Source of the DNA: Alphaproteobacteria bacterium | Lineage (GTDB): Bacteria > Pseudomonadota > Alphaproteobacteria > UBA828 | NCBI GenBank assembly: GCA_009691045.1 | Contig: SHWC01000006.1 | Location: 1,912 to 65,911, forward strand | Reading direction: 5' to 3' | DNA: 64,000 nucleotides | Shown here: one piece after another, positions 47,030-56,473 of the stretch | How the letters are laid out: every line of letters starts with the position of its first letter | How positions within the stretch are numbered: the stretch's first letter is position 1 | Program-made: the position numbers and the translations under genes | The notes under the pieces: model-generated | The model's database searches: none | The model's input: the letters and a program-made list of their open reading frames with translations, nothing else | What the model was told of the DNA's origin: nothing

Positions 47030-47642
47030 TTTCCCGGTCAACCCGGTCGATATCATCGTTGCGGTGGTGCTACTGCTCTCCGCGATCCTCGCCTTTAGCC
47101 GCGGCATCGTGCGCGAGACCCTGGGCATCGGCGCCTGGGTTGGCGCGGCGTTCGCGGCGATCTTTGCATTTCCCCATGTTCAGCCCTTCGCGCGTGGCCT
47201 GGTCGAAAGCCAGCTGATCGCCGATGGCGGCGCGGCCCTGGTGATTTTTCTCGTCGCGCTGATCGTGCTGGTGGTCATAAGCCAAGTCATTTCGAGCCGG
47301 ATTCAGGGCAGCAAGCTTGGCCCGCTCGACCGCACGCTCGGCTTTGTTTTCGGCCTGGTGCGCGGGGCGGTGATCATTTGCGTGGCCTATTTGTTGTTCG
47401 TTTGGGCGATGAACCCCGAAGATCGCCCGCCCTGGATCGCCAAGGCCAAGACCTTGCCCTATATTGTACAGGGTGCGGACGCCTTACGGTCCGTGGTGCC
47501 CGACGACGTTGAAAAGAAGGCGGAGGAAACAGTCCGCGAGCAATCGGGAAACACCTCTGACAGCCTCAAGGCGCTCCGCCAATACGAAGAGCTAAACCAG
47601 CCGCCCGCCACCCCGCCCAAGCCGTCGCCGGAGACCCAATGA
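47022..47642 (+). CDS. cvpA: CvpA-family membrane protein
   Basis: ORF trimmed to ATG 47022 (MDDFPVNPVDIIVAVVLLLSAILAFSRG...). It lies immediately upstream of purF, the classical cvpA-purF pair. Confidence 0.85.
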   Translation: MDDFPVNPVDIIVAVVLLLSAILAFSRGIVRETLGIGAWVGAAFAAIFAFPHVQPFARGLVESQLIADGGAALVIFLVALIVLVVISQVISSRIQGSKLGPLDRTLGFVFGLVRGAVIICVAYLLFVWAMNPEDRPPWIAKAKTLPYIVQGADALRSVVPDDVEKKAEETVREQSGNTSDSLKALRQYEELNQPPATPPKPSPETQ

Positions 47643-49111
47643 CTCCGACTTTCGCCGCTTTGCCCCGCCACCCGTTCGATGACGACAAGCTGCATGAGGA
47701 ATGCGGCGTGTTCGGCATTTTTCGCCACCCCGAGGCGGCGGCTCATACCGCGCTCGGCCTCCATGCCCTGCAACATCGCGGGCAGGAATCGGTCGGCATC
47801 GTGACCAATGACGGGATTCAGTTTCATAGCCACCGTGCGCTCGGTCATGTCGGCGACAATTTCAACTCGGTCAAAGTGATCGAAAGTTTGAAGGGCGACG
47901 CCTCGGTCGGCCATGTGCGCTATTCGACGCAAGGCGAATCGATCCTGCGCAACGTGCAGCCGATCTTCGCCGATTTCTCCTTCGGCGGGCTCGCGCTTGC
48001 ACACAACGGCAATCTGACGAACGCGGTGACCTTGCGCCGCGAGTTGGTGAATGAGGGCAGCCTCTTTCAATCGACCATGGACACCGAGGTGATCAATCAT
48101 TTGATCGCGCGGGCGCTCGGCAAGTCGGTGATCGATCGCATCATCGATGCGCTCAAGCAGTGCGAGGGCGCGTATTCGTTGGTCGCGCTGACCAAGGATG
48201 CGCTGATCGGCGTGCGCGATCCTTTAGGGGTGCGGCCTTTGTTGATCGGCCGGCTCGATGGCGCCTTTATCCTCGCGTCCGAATCGGTCGCGCTCGATAT
48301 TTTGAACGCCGAGCTGGTGCGCGACGTGGCGCCGGGCGAGCTCGTGGTGATCGACGCGGAAGGCCTGAAAAGCTATCAGCCCTTCCCGCCGGCACGGCGG
48401 CGCTTTTGCGTGTTCGAATATGTTTATTTCGCGCGGCCCGATTCGACGGTCGAAGGCATCAGCGTCTATGAAGCGCGCAAGCGCATCGGCCGCGAGCTTG
48501 CGCGCGAAGCGCCGGCCCCGGTCGACATCGTGGTGCCAGTGCCCGATTCAGGCGTGCCCGCGGCGATTGGCTTTGCCGCCGAAGCGGGCCTGCCCTTCGA
48601 GCTCGGGATCATTCGCAATCATTATGTCGGGCGCACGTTCATCGAGCCGACCGACCAGATTCGCCATTTCGGCGTGAAGTTGAAGCACAACGCTAATCGC
48701 AACACGCTCACAGGCAAACGCGTCGTGCTGGTCGATGATTCGATCGTACGCGGCACGACCTCGACCAAGATCGTCGATCTAGTGCGGAACGCCGGCGCGA
48801 CCGAAGTGCATATGCGCATCGCGAGCCCGCCAACCACGCATTCATGCTTCTATGGCGTTGATACGCCGAGCCGCGATAAATTGCTCGCCTCGAAGCATGA
48901 TGTCGCCAGCATGGCGCGTTTTATCGGTGTCGATAGCCTGGCGTTTTTGTCGCTCGATGGGCTCTACCACGCGATGGGCGAAAAAGGTCGCGACCCCAGT
49001 GCGCCGCGTTATTGCGATGCGTGTTTCTCCGGCGATTATCCGATCGCGCTGACCGACCATAATGACAGCTCGACACCGACGCAGCTTTCGCTGCTCGCCG
49101 AATTCGCCTGA
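47639..49111 (+). CDS. purF: Amidophosphoribosyltransferase
   Basis: 490 aa with the N-terminal nucleophile context ECGVFGI and the PRPP-binding motif VVLVDDSIVRGTT. Confidence 0.95.
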   Translation: MTPTFAALPRHPFDDDKLHEECGVFGIFRHPEAAAHTALGLHALQHRGQESVGIVTNDGIQFHSHRALGHVGDNFNSVKVIESLKGDASVGHVRYSTQGESILRNVQPIFADFSFGGLALAHNGNLTNAVTLRRELVNEGSLFQSTMDTEVINHLIARALGKSVIDRIIDALKQCEGAYSLVALTKDALIGVRDPLGVRPLLIGRLDGAFILASESVALDILNAELVRDVAPGELVVIDAEGLKSYQPFPPARRRFCVFEYVYFARPDSTVEGISVYEARKRIGRELAREAPAPVDIVVPVPDSGVPAAIGFAAEAGLPFELGIIRNHYVGRTFIEPTDQIRHFGVKLKHNANRNTLTGKRVVLVDDSIVRGTTSTKIVDLVRNAGATEVHMRIASPPTTHSCFYGVDTPSRDKLLASKHDVASMARFIGVDSLAFLSLDGLYHAMGEKGRDPSAPRYCDACFSGDYPIALTDHNDSSTPTQLSLLAEFA

Positions 49112-49117
49112 CCAAGA

Positions 49118-49834
49118 ATGGCTGAGCCTCGCCTGAAGGGCCGCGTCGCCCTGATCACGGGCGCATCGCGCGGCATCGGCGCCGCGGTCGCGCGCCGTTA
49201 TGCCGCCGAGGGCGCCATGCTCGTGCTGCTCGCGCGTACGGTCGGCGGCCTTGAGGAGGTCGACGATCAGGTGCGCAGCCTAGGCGGCCAGGCGGTGTTG
49301 GTGCCGCTCGATCTGAAAGACAGCGAGGCGATCGACCGGCTCGGGCCGGCTTTGGCCGAACGCTTCGGAAAACTCGACATCTTCGTCGGCAATGCCGGTG
49401 TGTTGGGCGAGCTGCGCCCGCTCACGCATTACACGCCCGATTTATGGGCCGACGCCTTCGCCATCAATGTGCACGCCAATTGGCGGCTCTTGCGCGCGCT
49501 CGACCCCCTCTTGCGGCGCGCGGAGGCGGGGCGCGTGATCCTCGTCACCTCGCGCATCACGCAATCCTTGCGCGCCTATTGGGGCGCCTATGCCGCGAGC
49601 AAGGCCGCGCTCGAAGCCATGGCACGCATTTATGCCAATGAGCTGAAGCAAACCAATCTCAAGGTCAATCTGCTCGATCCGGTGGCGGTGGCCACCCGCA
49701 TGCGGGCCGAGGCTTATCCGGGCGAAGACCCGAAAACGCTGAAACAGCCGGACGAGATCACCGAGCTCTTCGTGCGCCTGGCCGAGGCGAGCTTCGCCGC
49801 CAGCGGGGAACGATTTAGCGTGTGCGACGCTTGA
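49118..49834 (+). CDS. SDR-family oxidoreductase
   Basis: Contains ITGASRGIGAAVA and YAASKAAL. Its 3' end overlaps the convergent der 3' end by 20 nt. Confidence 0.85.
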   Translation: MAEPRLKGRVALITGASRGIGAAVARRYAAEGAMLVLLARTVGGLEEVDDQVRSLGGQAVLVPLDLKDSEAIDRLGPALAERFGKLDIFVGNAGVLGELRPLTHYTPDLWADAFAINVHANWRLLRALDPLLRRAEAGRVILVTSRITQSLRAYWGAYAASKAALEAMARIYANELKQTNLKVNLLDPVAVATRMRAEAYPGEDPKTLKQPDEITELFVRLAEASFAASGERFSVCDA

Positions 49835-51311
49835 GCTTGCCGGTTGGTCGCTTGGCGCCGCTCGGTCGCTTCGTGCCAGTTTTTCCTTTAGAGCCGCCGA
49901 GGCGTTTGGCGCCGCCTGATCGTTTGGCGCTCTCTGAGGGCTTTCCCTTCGACCCTCTGATCTTCTTCGGCTCGTAGGGGTTTTCGCCTTTGCGGTAACT
50001 CAGGCGGATCGGTATGCCATCAAGGCCGAAGGTTTCACGCAGGCCGTTCACCATATAGCGCGTATAGGCATCGGGCAGATCGAGCGGTTGGCTGATGAAG
50101 GCGACGAAATTCGGCGGGCGCGTCGATAATTGCGTCATATAGCGCAGCTTGACGCGCCGCCCGCCAACGAGCGGCGGGGGATGGCGATCGAGCGTGACCT
50201 CAAGCCAGCGATTCAATTCTGACGTCTTCACGCGCGTGTTCCACGCCTCATAGGTTTCCAACACGGCGGGCATTAGTTTTGGCACGCCCTCGCCGGTGAG
50301 CGCCGAACACGGCACAAGGCGAATACCTTTCGCCTGCGCCAGCGTTTCATCGAGTATGCGGCGAAATTCGGTCAGGACATTTTTGCGGTTTTCAACCGCG
50401 TCCCATTTGTTGAGCGCGATCACCGGCGCGCGGCCCTCTTCAACCGCGAGCGCGGCCACGGTGAAATCTTGTTTTGATGGCGGCTCGGTCGCATCGAGCA
50501 CGATGACGACGACCTCGACCGCGCGAATGGTGCGGAGCGAATCGCTGACCGACAATTTTTCGAGCGCGGCGACCACGCGTGCCTTGCGCCGCAGGCCCGC
50601 GGTATCGATCAGCCGGACCGCGCGATTTTTGTAGTGCCAATCGACCGCGATGGCATCGCGCGTGAGGCCGGGCTCCGGCCCGGTGATGACGCGTTCTTCG
50701 CCGATCAACCGGTTTAGAAGCGATGATTTGCCGACATTCGGGCGTCCGATGATGGCGAGCCGGAGCGGACGGTCGGCCCCTTCGCCGGGCTCGGCCTCGT
50801 CATCAAGCGTTTCGGTTACAGGCGCGAATGGCGCCAGCGCGTCATAAAGCTCGCCGAGGCCTTCGCCATGGGCGGCTGACACGGCGATGGGTTCACCAAG
50901 CGCAAGTTCGAAGGCCTCGAGCCGGCCCGACTCGCCCGCGCCGCCTTCGCATTTATTGGCGACCACCACGACGCGCGCGCCCGAGCGGCGCAAGAGATCG
51001 GCGAAATGTCGATCGCCTGCCGTGATGCCGGCGCGACCATCGATCACAAACAACGAGACATCGGAATCGGCGATGGCGCGTTCGGTTTGACGCATCATGC
51101 GCCCGGCCAGGCTTTCGGGATCGCCCTCATCGAGCCCGGCGGTATCGATCACGCGGAAGGTCAAGGGGCCGATGCGCCCTTCGCCCTCGCGGCGGTCGCG
51201 CGTGACGCCGGGTTCGTCATGGGTCAAGGCTTCGCGTCGCCCAACCAGCCGGTTGAACAGCGTCGATTTGCCGACATTCGGTCGGCCCACGATCGCAACA
51301 GTGAATGACAT
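49815..51311 (-). CDS. der: Ribosome-biogenesis GTPase Der (EngA) with Lys/Arg/Gly-rich C-terminal tail
   Basis: Two G domains (GRPNVGKST twice; DTAG twice; NKCE/NKWD), a KH-like domain, and a ~45-aa basic tail. Confidence 0.93.
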   Translation of the reverse strand: MSFTVAIVGRPNVGKSTLFNRLVGRREALTHDEPGVTRDRREGEGRIGPLTFRVIDTAGLDEGDPESLAGRMMRQTERAIADSDVSLFVIDGRAGITAGDRHFADLLRRSGARVVVVANKCEGGAGESGRLEAFELALGEPIAVSAAHGEGLGELYDALAPFAPVTETLDDEAEPGEGADRPLRLAIIGRPNVGKSSLLNRLIGEERVITGPEPGLTRDAIAVDWHYKNRAVRLIDTAGLRRKARVVAALEKLSVSDSLRTIRAVEVVVIVLDATEPPSKQDFTVAALAVEEGRAPVIALNKWDAVENRKNVLTEFRRILDETLAQAKGIRLVPCSALTGEGVPKLMPAVLETYEAWNTRVKTSELNRWLEVTLDRHPPPLVGGRRVKLRYMTQLSTRPPNFVAFISQPLDLPDAYTRYMVNGLRETFGLDGIPIRLSYRKGENPYEPKKIRGSKGKPSESAKRSGGAKRLGGSKGKTGTKRPSGAKRPTGKLKRRTR

Positions 51312-51324
51312 GGCCGCCTTTATA

Positions 51325-52668
51325 CTAATGCAGCGCGACGATGTCGGCGTTCTCGGTCAACATATAGACGGTGCCGCCCGCCACGATCGGCGACACCCGC
51401 ACACCCGCAGGCAGGTCGAGCCGGCCGAGAATATGGCCGTCATAGGGCGAGAGCGAGACCGCTTCGCCGGTGGACGACACCAGCACCAGGCGATCGCTCA
51501 CAAGAATGGGGCCGCTCCAGATGATTGGCTTGCGTCGCTCCTCGGGATCTTCGAACCCAGGAAGCGCCTGCACCCAGCGAATGCGGCCGCGGCCGCGGTC
51601 GCGGGAGACACAAACCACTTCGCCCTCGGCGGTCACCACGAACAAGAAATCACCCGCCAACCACGGCGTGTTGGTGCTGGAGACCGGCTGCTCCCACACC
51701 CGATTGCCGGTACGCAAATCGAGCGCGGAGAAACGTCCGCCATGGCTAATGGCGAACACCATGCCGTTATCAATCACAGGGCTGCCATTGATGGTGTTCA
51801 GGCTGGCGAGGCCCTCGCCACCCAATTGCGTCCCGCTCAGGGATTCCGACCACACGACGCGGCCATTATCAGCGCGTAGCGCATAGAGCTCGCCTGACGA
51901 ATACGGCACCACCACGACATCGCGTTCCACGGCCGGGCTCGCCGCGCCGAGGAGGCGCGCGGATTCCGCCAGCCCCGCATGGGTCCAAAGGATCGTGCCA
52001 TCTTGGCCATCGAGCGCCCAGGTTTGATTGTCATAAGAGATGACGAAAAGACGACCAGCGCTTATCACCGGCGCGGCACGAATAGGAACCGCGAGCGGCT
52101 GACGCCAAACGACTGCACCGGTCTCGGGCTCAAGACCGAAGACATCGCCATAGCCGGTCACCGCGAACAGGCGATTGCCGCTGAAAGCGAGCCCGCCGCC
52201 AAAACCGCCCTCATCTTCCTCGGGGCGCGGATCGAAGCGCCAAATCACTTTGCCCGTGCCGGCGTCGAGCGCGCTGATCACGCCGCCGGCATCGGCGGCA
52301 AAGACGCGCCCGCCCGCCACGATCGGCGAGGAGACAATACGCCAATCATCATCCGAGCCATCGCCGATGTTGGTCGACCACGCGACCTGAAGATTTTCCG
52401 GCGCTTCGAGGTGATGCATCACACGATTGGGCGAGCCGCCGGGCTGGGGCCAATCGGCATTGGCATAGGGTTTCGGCAGGATGACCGAAACGTCTTGAAC
52501 CTCGGGATCGGGCGCAATTTGCGTTTCGGCCGATAGAATTGAAACGCGCTCGCCGGGCAGCGGCGGATCTTCGTTCTTGCTGAATATGTCGCCCACGGCT
52601 TCGCAGCCGGCGAGCGAAAGGAAGGCCAGGCCGATGAGCGCCGAGCCGAAACCACGTGAAAGGCTCAT
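51325..52668 (-). CDS. bamB: Outer-membrane protein assembly factor BamB (PQQ-like beta-propeller lipoprotein)
   Basis: 447 aa with the lipobox-like sequence LSLAGC and repeated propeller blades. It sits in the conserved position upstream of der. Confidence 0.85.
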   Translation of the reverse strand: MSLSRGFGSALIGLAFLSLAGCEAVGDIFSKNEDPPLPGERVSILSAETQIAPDPEVQDVSVILPKPYANADWPQPGGSPNRVMHHLEAPENLQVAWSTNIGDGSDDDWRIVSSPIVAGGRVFAADAGGVISALDAGTGKVIWRFDPRPEEDEGGFGGGLAFSGNRLFAVTGYGDVFGLEPETGAVVWRQPLAVPIRAAPVISAGRLFVISYDNQTWALDGQDGTILWTHAGLAESARLLGAASPAVERDVVVVPYSSGELYALRADNGRVVWSESLSGTQLGGEGLASLNTINGSPVIDNGMVFAISHGGRFSALDLRTGNRVWEQPVSSTNTPWLAGDFLFVVTAEGEVVCVSRDRGRGRIRWVQALPGFEDPEERRKPIIWSGPILVSDRLVLVSSTGEAVSLSPYDGHILGRLDLPAGVRVSPIVAGGTVYMLTENADIVALH

Positions 52669-53444
52669 TGACCGGTCGCCTCGGCAGGTGTTTCGGGCGC
52701 GGGCGCTTCGGGCGCTGCTGATGCAGGCGCCGTTGATTCAGGCGGGGGCGCCTCGCTCTTGGGGGCGTCGGGCGCCGGCGCAGGTTCTGGGCTTGGTAGC
52801 GGACCACCGAGACCATCCAGCAATTCGCGCGCGCGAAAGCGCACCCCTGTGGTCGCGGCCGGATCGTCGACCAGGCCGCTCAACGTGGCCCGCGCCGCAT
52901 CGGTGCGACCGGCCTTCAGCTCGGACGCGGCCTTGAGTTCGCGCGCCAAAGCGCGCCACGGGCTATCGGCCACCATGAGCGTCGCGACCCGGCTATCGAT
53001 TTCTTCGGGCGATGCGGTATCGATCAAGCGCTCGGCGGCGAGCAAATTGGCTAAATCCTTATAGGGTTTCTCGACCCGGGCATCCTTGGCGAGGGCATCG
53101 AGCGCCGCGACCGCGCCGGCATCGTCGCCCGTGCGGATCAGCGCATCGGCCATGCGCAATTGGGCGAGCGCGACATAGCCACCTTCGGATTCCTTGGCGA
53201 GCGCGGAGAATGCCGCCAAAGCCTCGGCGCTCTTGCCGGCCTCAAGCTCCGCCATCGCGGCCACAAAGCGTGCGGCCTCGGCCTCGCGACGCGACTTCTT
53301 TGCGTCGTCGAGCACAACGAAGAGCGCGACGGCCGCAATGATGCCCACCACGAGACCAAGCAGCGGATAGCGAAAACGGCGCCAAAGCTTGAGATAACGG
53401 TCACGCTGGAGATCCTCTTGGACCTCACGAAAGAAATCAGTCAC
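52665..53444 (-). CDS. YfgM-like TPR-type membrane-anchored protein with Pro/Ala-rich C-terminal tail
   Basis: 259 aa with an N-terminal TM anchor (LLGLVVGIIAAVALFVVL) and an Ala-rich helical repeat region. It overlaps bamB by 4 nt. Confidence 0.65.
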   Translation of the reverse strand: MTDFFREVQEDLQRDRYLKLWRRFRYPLLGLVVGIIAAVALFVVLDDAKKSRREAEAARFVAAMAELEAGKSAEALAAFSALAKESEGGYVALAQLRMADALIRTGDDAGAVAALDALAKDARVEKPYKDLANLLAAERLIDTASPEEIDSRVATLMVADSPWRALARELKAASELKAGRTDAARATLSGLVDDPAATTGVRFRARELLDGLGGPLPSPEPAPAPDAPKSEAPPPESTAPASAAPEAPAPETPAEATGQ

Positions 53445-53524
53445 GTCGGCCTCGGTAATGGGGCTGAATTGTCGAGGCGTTTTATATCAGTCGGCCAGTG
53501 GAATCGCGCGTGAATTCTATTACG

Positions 53525-53887
53525 ATGGCTGCCATGGCAGAGCAGAAGTTTACCTCCTATCGCGCGTTCTGGCCGTTCTACCTGCGGGAACATAGCCGGC
53601 CCGCCACCCCCCGGGCCATGCATTTTGTCGGCACCTCGGTCGCCGTGGTCCTTGTGGCGCTGGCGGCGGTGTTCGGCGATCCCTGGCTGCTGCTGGGCGC
53701 GCTGATTTCGGGTTATGGCCTGGCGTGGATCTCGCATCTGGCGATTGAGCGCAATCGGCCAGCGACGTTTCGCTACCCGCTCTGGAGCCTGACCGGCGAT
53801 TTTCATATGTGCGCGCTGATCTGGCTCGGTCGGCTCGATGCCGAATTGGCGCGCGCGAACGGCGGCCCCGGAGGCCGCCGTCCTTAG
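53525..53887 (+). CDS. DUF962 (Mpo1-like) membrane protein
   Basis: [29 protein letters not shown] matches my recollection of DUF962. The start is ambiguous (GTG 53498, ATG 53525 or ATG 53534). Confidence 0.65.
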   Translation: [120 protein letters not shown]

Positions 53888-53908
53888 CTCTAGATAACGC
53901 GCGCGCTA

Positions 53909-54307
53909 TTAGGCGGCGTTGGATTTCGGTTTGGGCTGGATGTAGGCCCGGCCATAATGCTCGGCACAATAAGGCTTGCCTTCGACAGCCGGCTGCCCGC
54001 AAAAGTCGAATTCCGGCTCGCCCGGATGCCCGCTGGGCCATTTGCAGGTCGCGCCATTGGTGCTGATCACCAGATGCACCGCTGGCGGGCTCGTCCGCTC
54101 AACATGGCGATGCTCGTGGCGAACCGTCGGCCGGGGCGTGCGGGCCTCACGCTTGATTGGCGAGGGACGCGGCGGCAGGCCCAGGCGGTGCGCCTTGCCC
54201 ACGATCGCGTTCTTCGATACCCCGACCAGCCGGCCGATTTCGGCGGTCGTAAGGCCCAAATTCCAAAGTTTGGTCACCTCGGCAATGCGTTCCACGGTCC
54301 AGGTCAT
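53909..54307 (-). CDS. gcrA: Cell-cycle transcriptional regulator GcrA
   Basis: ORF trimmed to ATG 54307. The sequence begins MTWTVERIAEVTKLWNLGLTTAEIGRLVGVSKNAIVGKAHRLGL and has the C-terminal motif CKWP.G.P....FCG......KPYC.EH. Confidence 0.9.
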   Translation of the reverse strand: MTWTVERIAEVTKLWNLGLTTAEIGRLVGVSKNAIVGKAHRLGLPPRPSPIKREARTPRPTVRHEHRHVERTSPPAVHLVISTNGATCKWPSGHPGEPEFDFCGQPAVEGKPYCAEHYGRAYIQPKPKSNAA

Positions 54308-54460
54308 TGGCTGATCTCCTTGGTCAGCGCGGCCCACTGTATACGCAACACTTCGTATAAGCAGCCGCTCGCCACACAAGATACAGCGTAGATCACCATA
54401 GGCAAGCGGAACGTTACGAGTAATTACCAGATATTGACGCCCCTAAATTCAATCTTGGGC

Positions 54461-55063
54461 TCATAGCGCCTTCAAGACCTCGGCCGTGTTGACGACATCA
54501 CCCAGCATGGTGAGGGCGTAGTTGACGCTAATTCTTTGCCACTCCTCGTTCATCGTGCAGGTGGCATCAGAAACCAACGTGACCGCGTAGCCCAAATCGG
54601 CGCCATCGCGGCAGGTTCCCTCGACCGCAAAATTGGTCCAGGCGCCGGTGACCAAGAGACGGGTCACCCCGAGGCCCTTCAATTTGTTCTCCAGATCGGT
54701 CCCTTGAAAGCCGCTGACTCGTTGTTTATAAACAATAAAATCGCCTGCTTTGGGCTTAAGCGCGGCAAACGGCTCGGCGCCCCACGAGCCGGCGCGGTTG
54801 TGCCCCGTTTTGACCAGATTGCGGAATAACGGCGCGTTCTGCCGGGCATCGCGGCCATTGGCGGAAACCGCATGGAGCACATGGATGACCGGCATATGCC
54901 GGCGGCGCGCCCGGAGAGTAATGGCCTTGATATGGGCGACGGCATTTTGCTTCTTGGCGTGGGCGGGCGAGCCGGCTTCGGCCCAGCCGCCCTTGGGGTG
55001 AACCACATCGTTCTGCATATCGATGATCAGGAGCGCCGAGGTCTTTGGATCGAATTTCTTCAT
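54461..55063 (-). CDS. Isochorismatase-family cysteine hydrolase
   Basis: ORF trimmed to ATG 55063 (MKKFDPKTSALLIIDMQND...). The catalytic Cys lies in GAWTNFAVEGTCRD. Confidence 0.85.
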   Translation of the reverse strand: MKKFDPKTSALLIIDMQNDVVHPKGGWAEAGSPAHAKKQNAVAHIKAITLRARRRHMPVIHVLHAVSANGRDARQNAPLFRNLVKTGHNRAGSWGAEPFAALKPKAGDFIVYKQRVSGFQGTDLENKLKGLGVTRLLVTGAWTNFAVEGTCRDGADLGYAVTLVSDATCTMNEEWQRISVNYALTMLGDVVNTAEVLKAL

Positions 55064-55138
55064 AAAATCTCCTCTACCATTGGATGCGCCATTCGCTTGG
55101 CGATGAGGGGCTATCTTTCGGACGGATGACAAGCTGAC

Positions 55139-55639
55139 ATGATACGCGTGAGTGCGGCGATGGTGGTCATGATCGGGCTTGGGCTCGCCTTGATGCTCGG
55201 GCCGACCAGCGCCGATGCCGCCGAAGCGGCCAAAGCCAATCAAGTGATCGTCTACAAATCAAAGCGCATTATGCACTTGCTGCACAATGGTTGGATCGTG
55301 CGCTCTTATGCCATTCGCCTTGGCGACAAACCGGTCGGTCCAAAAATTTTCGAGAATGATGGCCGCACACCGGAGGGTCATTATTTGATCGACGGGCGCA
55401 ATGCCAAAAGCAGTTTTCATTTGTCGTTGCATATCAATTATCCGAGCGACGACGACACAGCGCGCGCCCAGCAATATGGTTCAACACCAGGCGGCGCGAT
55501 TTTTATTCATGGCACGCCGGGCAAAGGCGGGCGCTATGAAGGCGATTGGACCAATGGCTGCATCGCGGTGTTGAATCACGAGATCGAAGAAATTTGGCGC
55601 GCGGTCGATGACGGCACGCCGATCGAGATCAAACCGTGA
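55139..55639 (+). CDS. L,D-transpeptidase (YkuD domain), secreted
   Basis: Signal peptide, plus the active-site motifs IFIHGTP and TNGCIAV. Confidence 0.85.
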   Translation: MIRVSAAMVVMIGLGLALMLGPTSADAAEAAKANQVIVYKSKRIMHLLHNGWIVRSYAIRLGDKPVGPKIFENDGRTPEGHYLIDGRNAKSSFHLSLHINYPSDDDTARAQQYGSTPGGAIFIHGTPGKGGRYEGDWTNGCIAVLNHEIEEIWRAVDDGTPIEIKP

Positions 55640-55692
55640 GGCGCGACAATGCAACTAGGCGTTTGCCGCCGACTCGGTCACACTAGCGAACA

Positions 55693-56409
55693 ATGACAAC
55701 GTCACACTCCCAACCAACACGTTCCCTTGCACTGGCCGATGGCCGTTCGCTCGAACTCGGACTGCGGCGCAGCGCGCGCGCGCGCAACATGTTGATCCGC
55801 ATACTCGAGGTCGAGGGCCGCGCGGAACTTGTGCTGCCCCATCGCGTATCGACGGCCGAGGGTTGGCGCTTCGCCAAAGAGAAGGCGCTTTGGATCGATG
55901 CGTGTCTCTTAGCACTTCCGCCGCGTGTGCCGTTCGATGATGGCGCGGTTGTGCTCTATGCCGGCGCGCCGCTGACGCTGCATCGCATCCCCGATCGTAG
56001 GGCCGGCGCAGCGCGGCGTATTGGTGATCGGCTTGACGTGCCGGCGGCGCCCGAGCGCTTCGCGCGCGCGGTCAAGGCCTGGTATGTCGCCGAGGCGCGG
56101 CGCGAGCTCAGCCTGCGCGCGAAGAAAATCGCCGCCGGAATCGGCCGCACGATTCGGCGTGTCACGATTCGCGATCCCGAAACACGCTGGGGGAGCTGTT
56201 CAACCGCCACCAATTTGTCGTTCTCATGGCGGTTGATGATGGCGCCGCGCTTCGTCACCGAATATGTGGTGGCGCATGAGGTCGCGCATTTGAAGGCGAT
56301 GAATCACGGTCGCTCGTTTTGGGCGCTCGTGGAGAAGCTTTATGGCGATCCCGAGCCGCCGCGCCGCTGGCTCAATGAAAACGGCCTCGCGCTCAGGCGT
56401 TATGGTTGA
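55693..56409 (+). CDS. YgjP-like (DUF45/M48-type) metal-dependent hydrolase
   Basis: Contains WGSCS...LSFSWRL and the zinc motif VAHEVAHL. Confidence 0.8.
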   Translation: MTTSHSQPTRSLALADGRSLELGLRRSARARNMLIRILEVEGRAELVLPHRVSTAEGWRFAKEKALWIDACLLALPPRVPFDDGAVVLYAGAPLTLHRIPDRRAGAARRIGDRLDVPAAPERFARAVKAWYVAEARRELSLRAKKIAAGIGRTIRRVTIRDPETRWGSCSTATNLSFSWRLMMAPRFVTEYVVAHEVAHLKAMNHGRSFWALVEKLYGDPEPPRRWLNENGLALRRYG

Positions 56410-56411
56410 AG

Positions 56412-56460
56412 GCGCAAACAAAAACGGCCCGGGGTCAATTCCGGGCCGTTCTTATTTTAT
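56412..56460. terminator. Bidirectional rho-independent terminator between convergent genes
   Basis: AACGGCCCGG (56423-56432) pairs with CCGGGCCGTT (56441-56450). The hairpin is followed by CTTATTTTAT on the plus strand and by TTTTTGTTTG on the minus strand. Confidence 0.8.
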
Positions 56461-56473
56461 CGTGGTTGTTCAG

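Noticed and set aside
54414-54427. CtrA-box-like TTACGAGTAATTAC upstream of gcrA
   Set aside because: The half-sites are TTAC, not TTAA, and the spacing is N6, not N7. The match is too weak to call.
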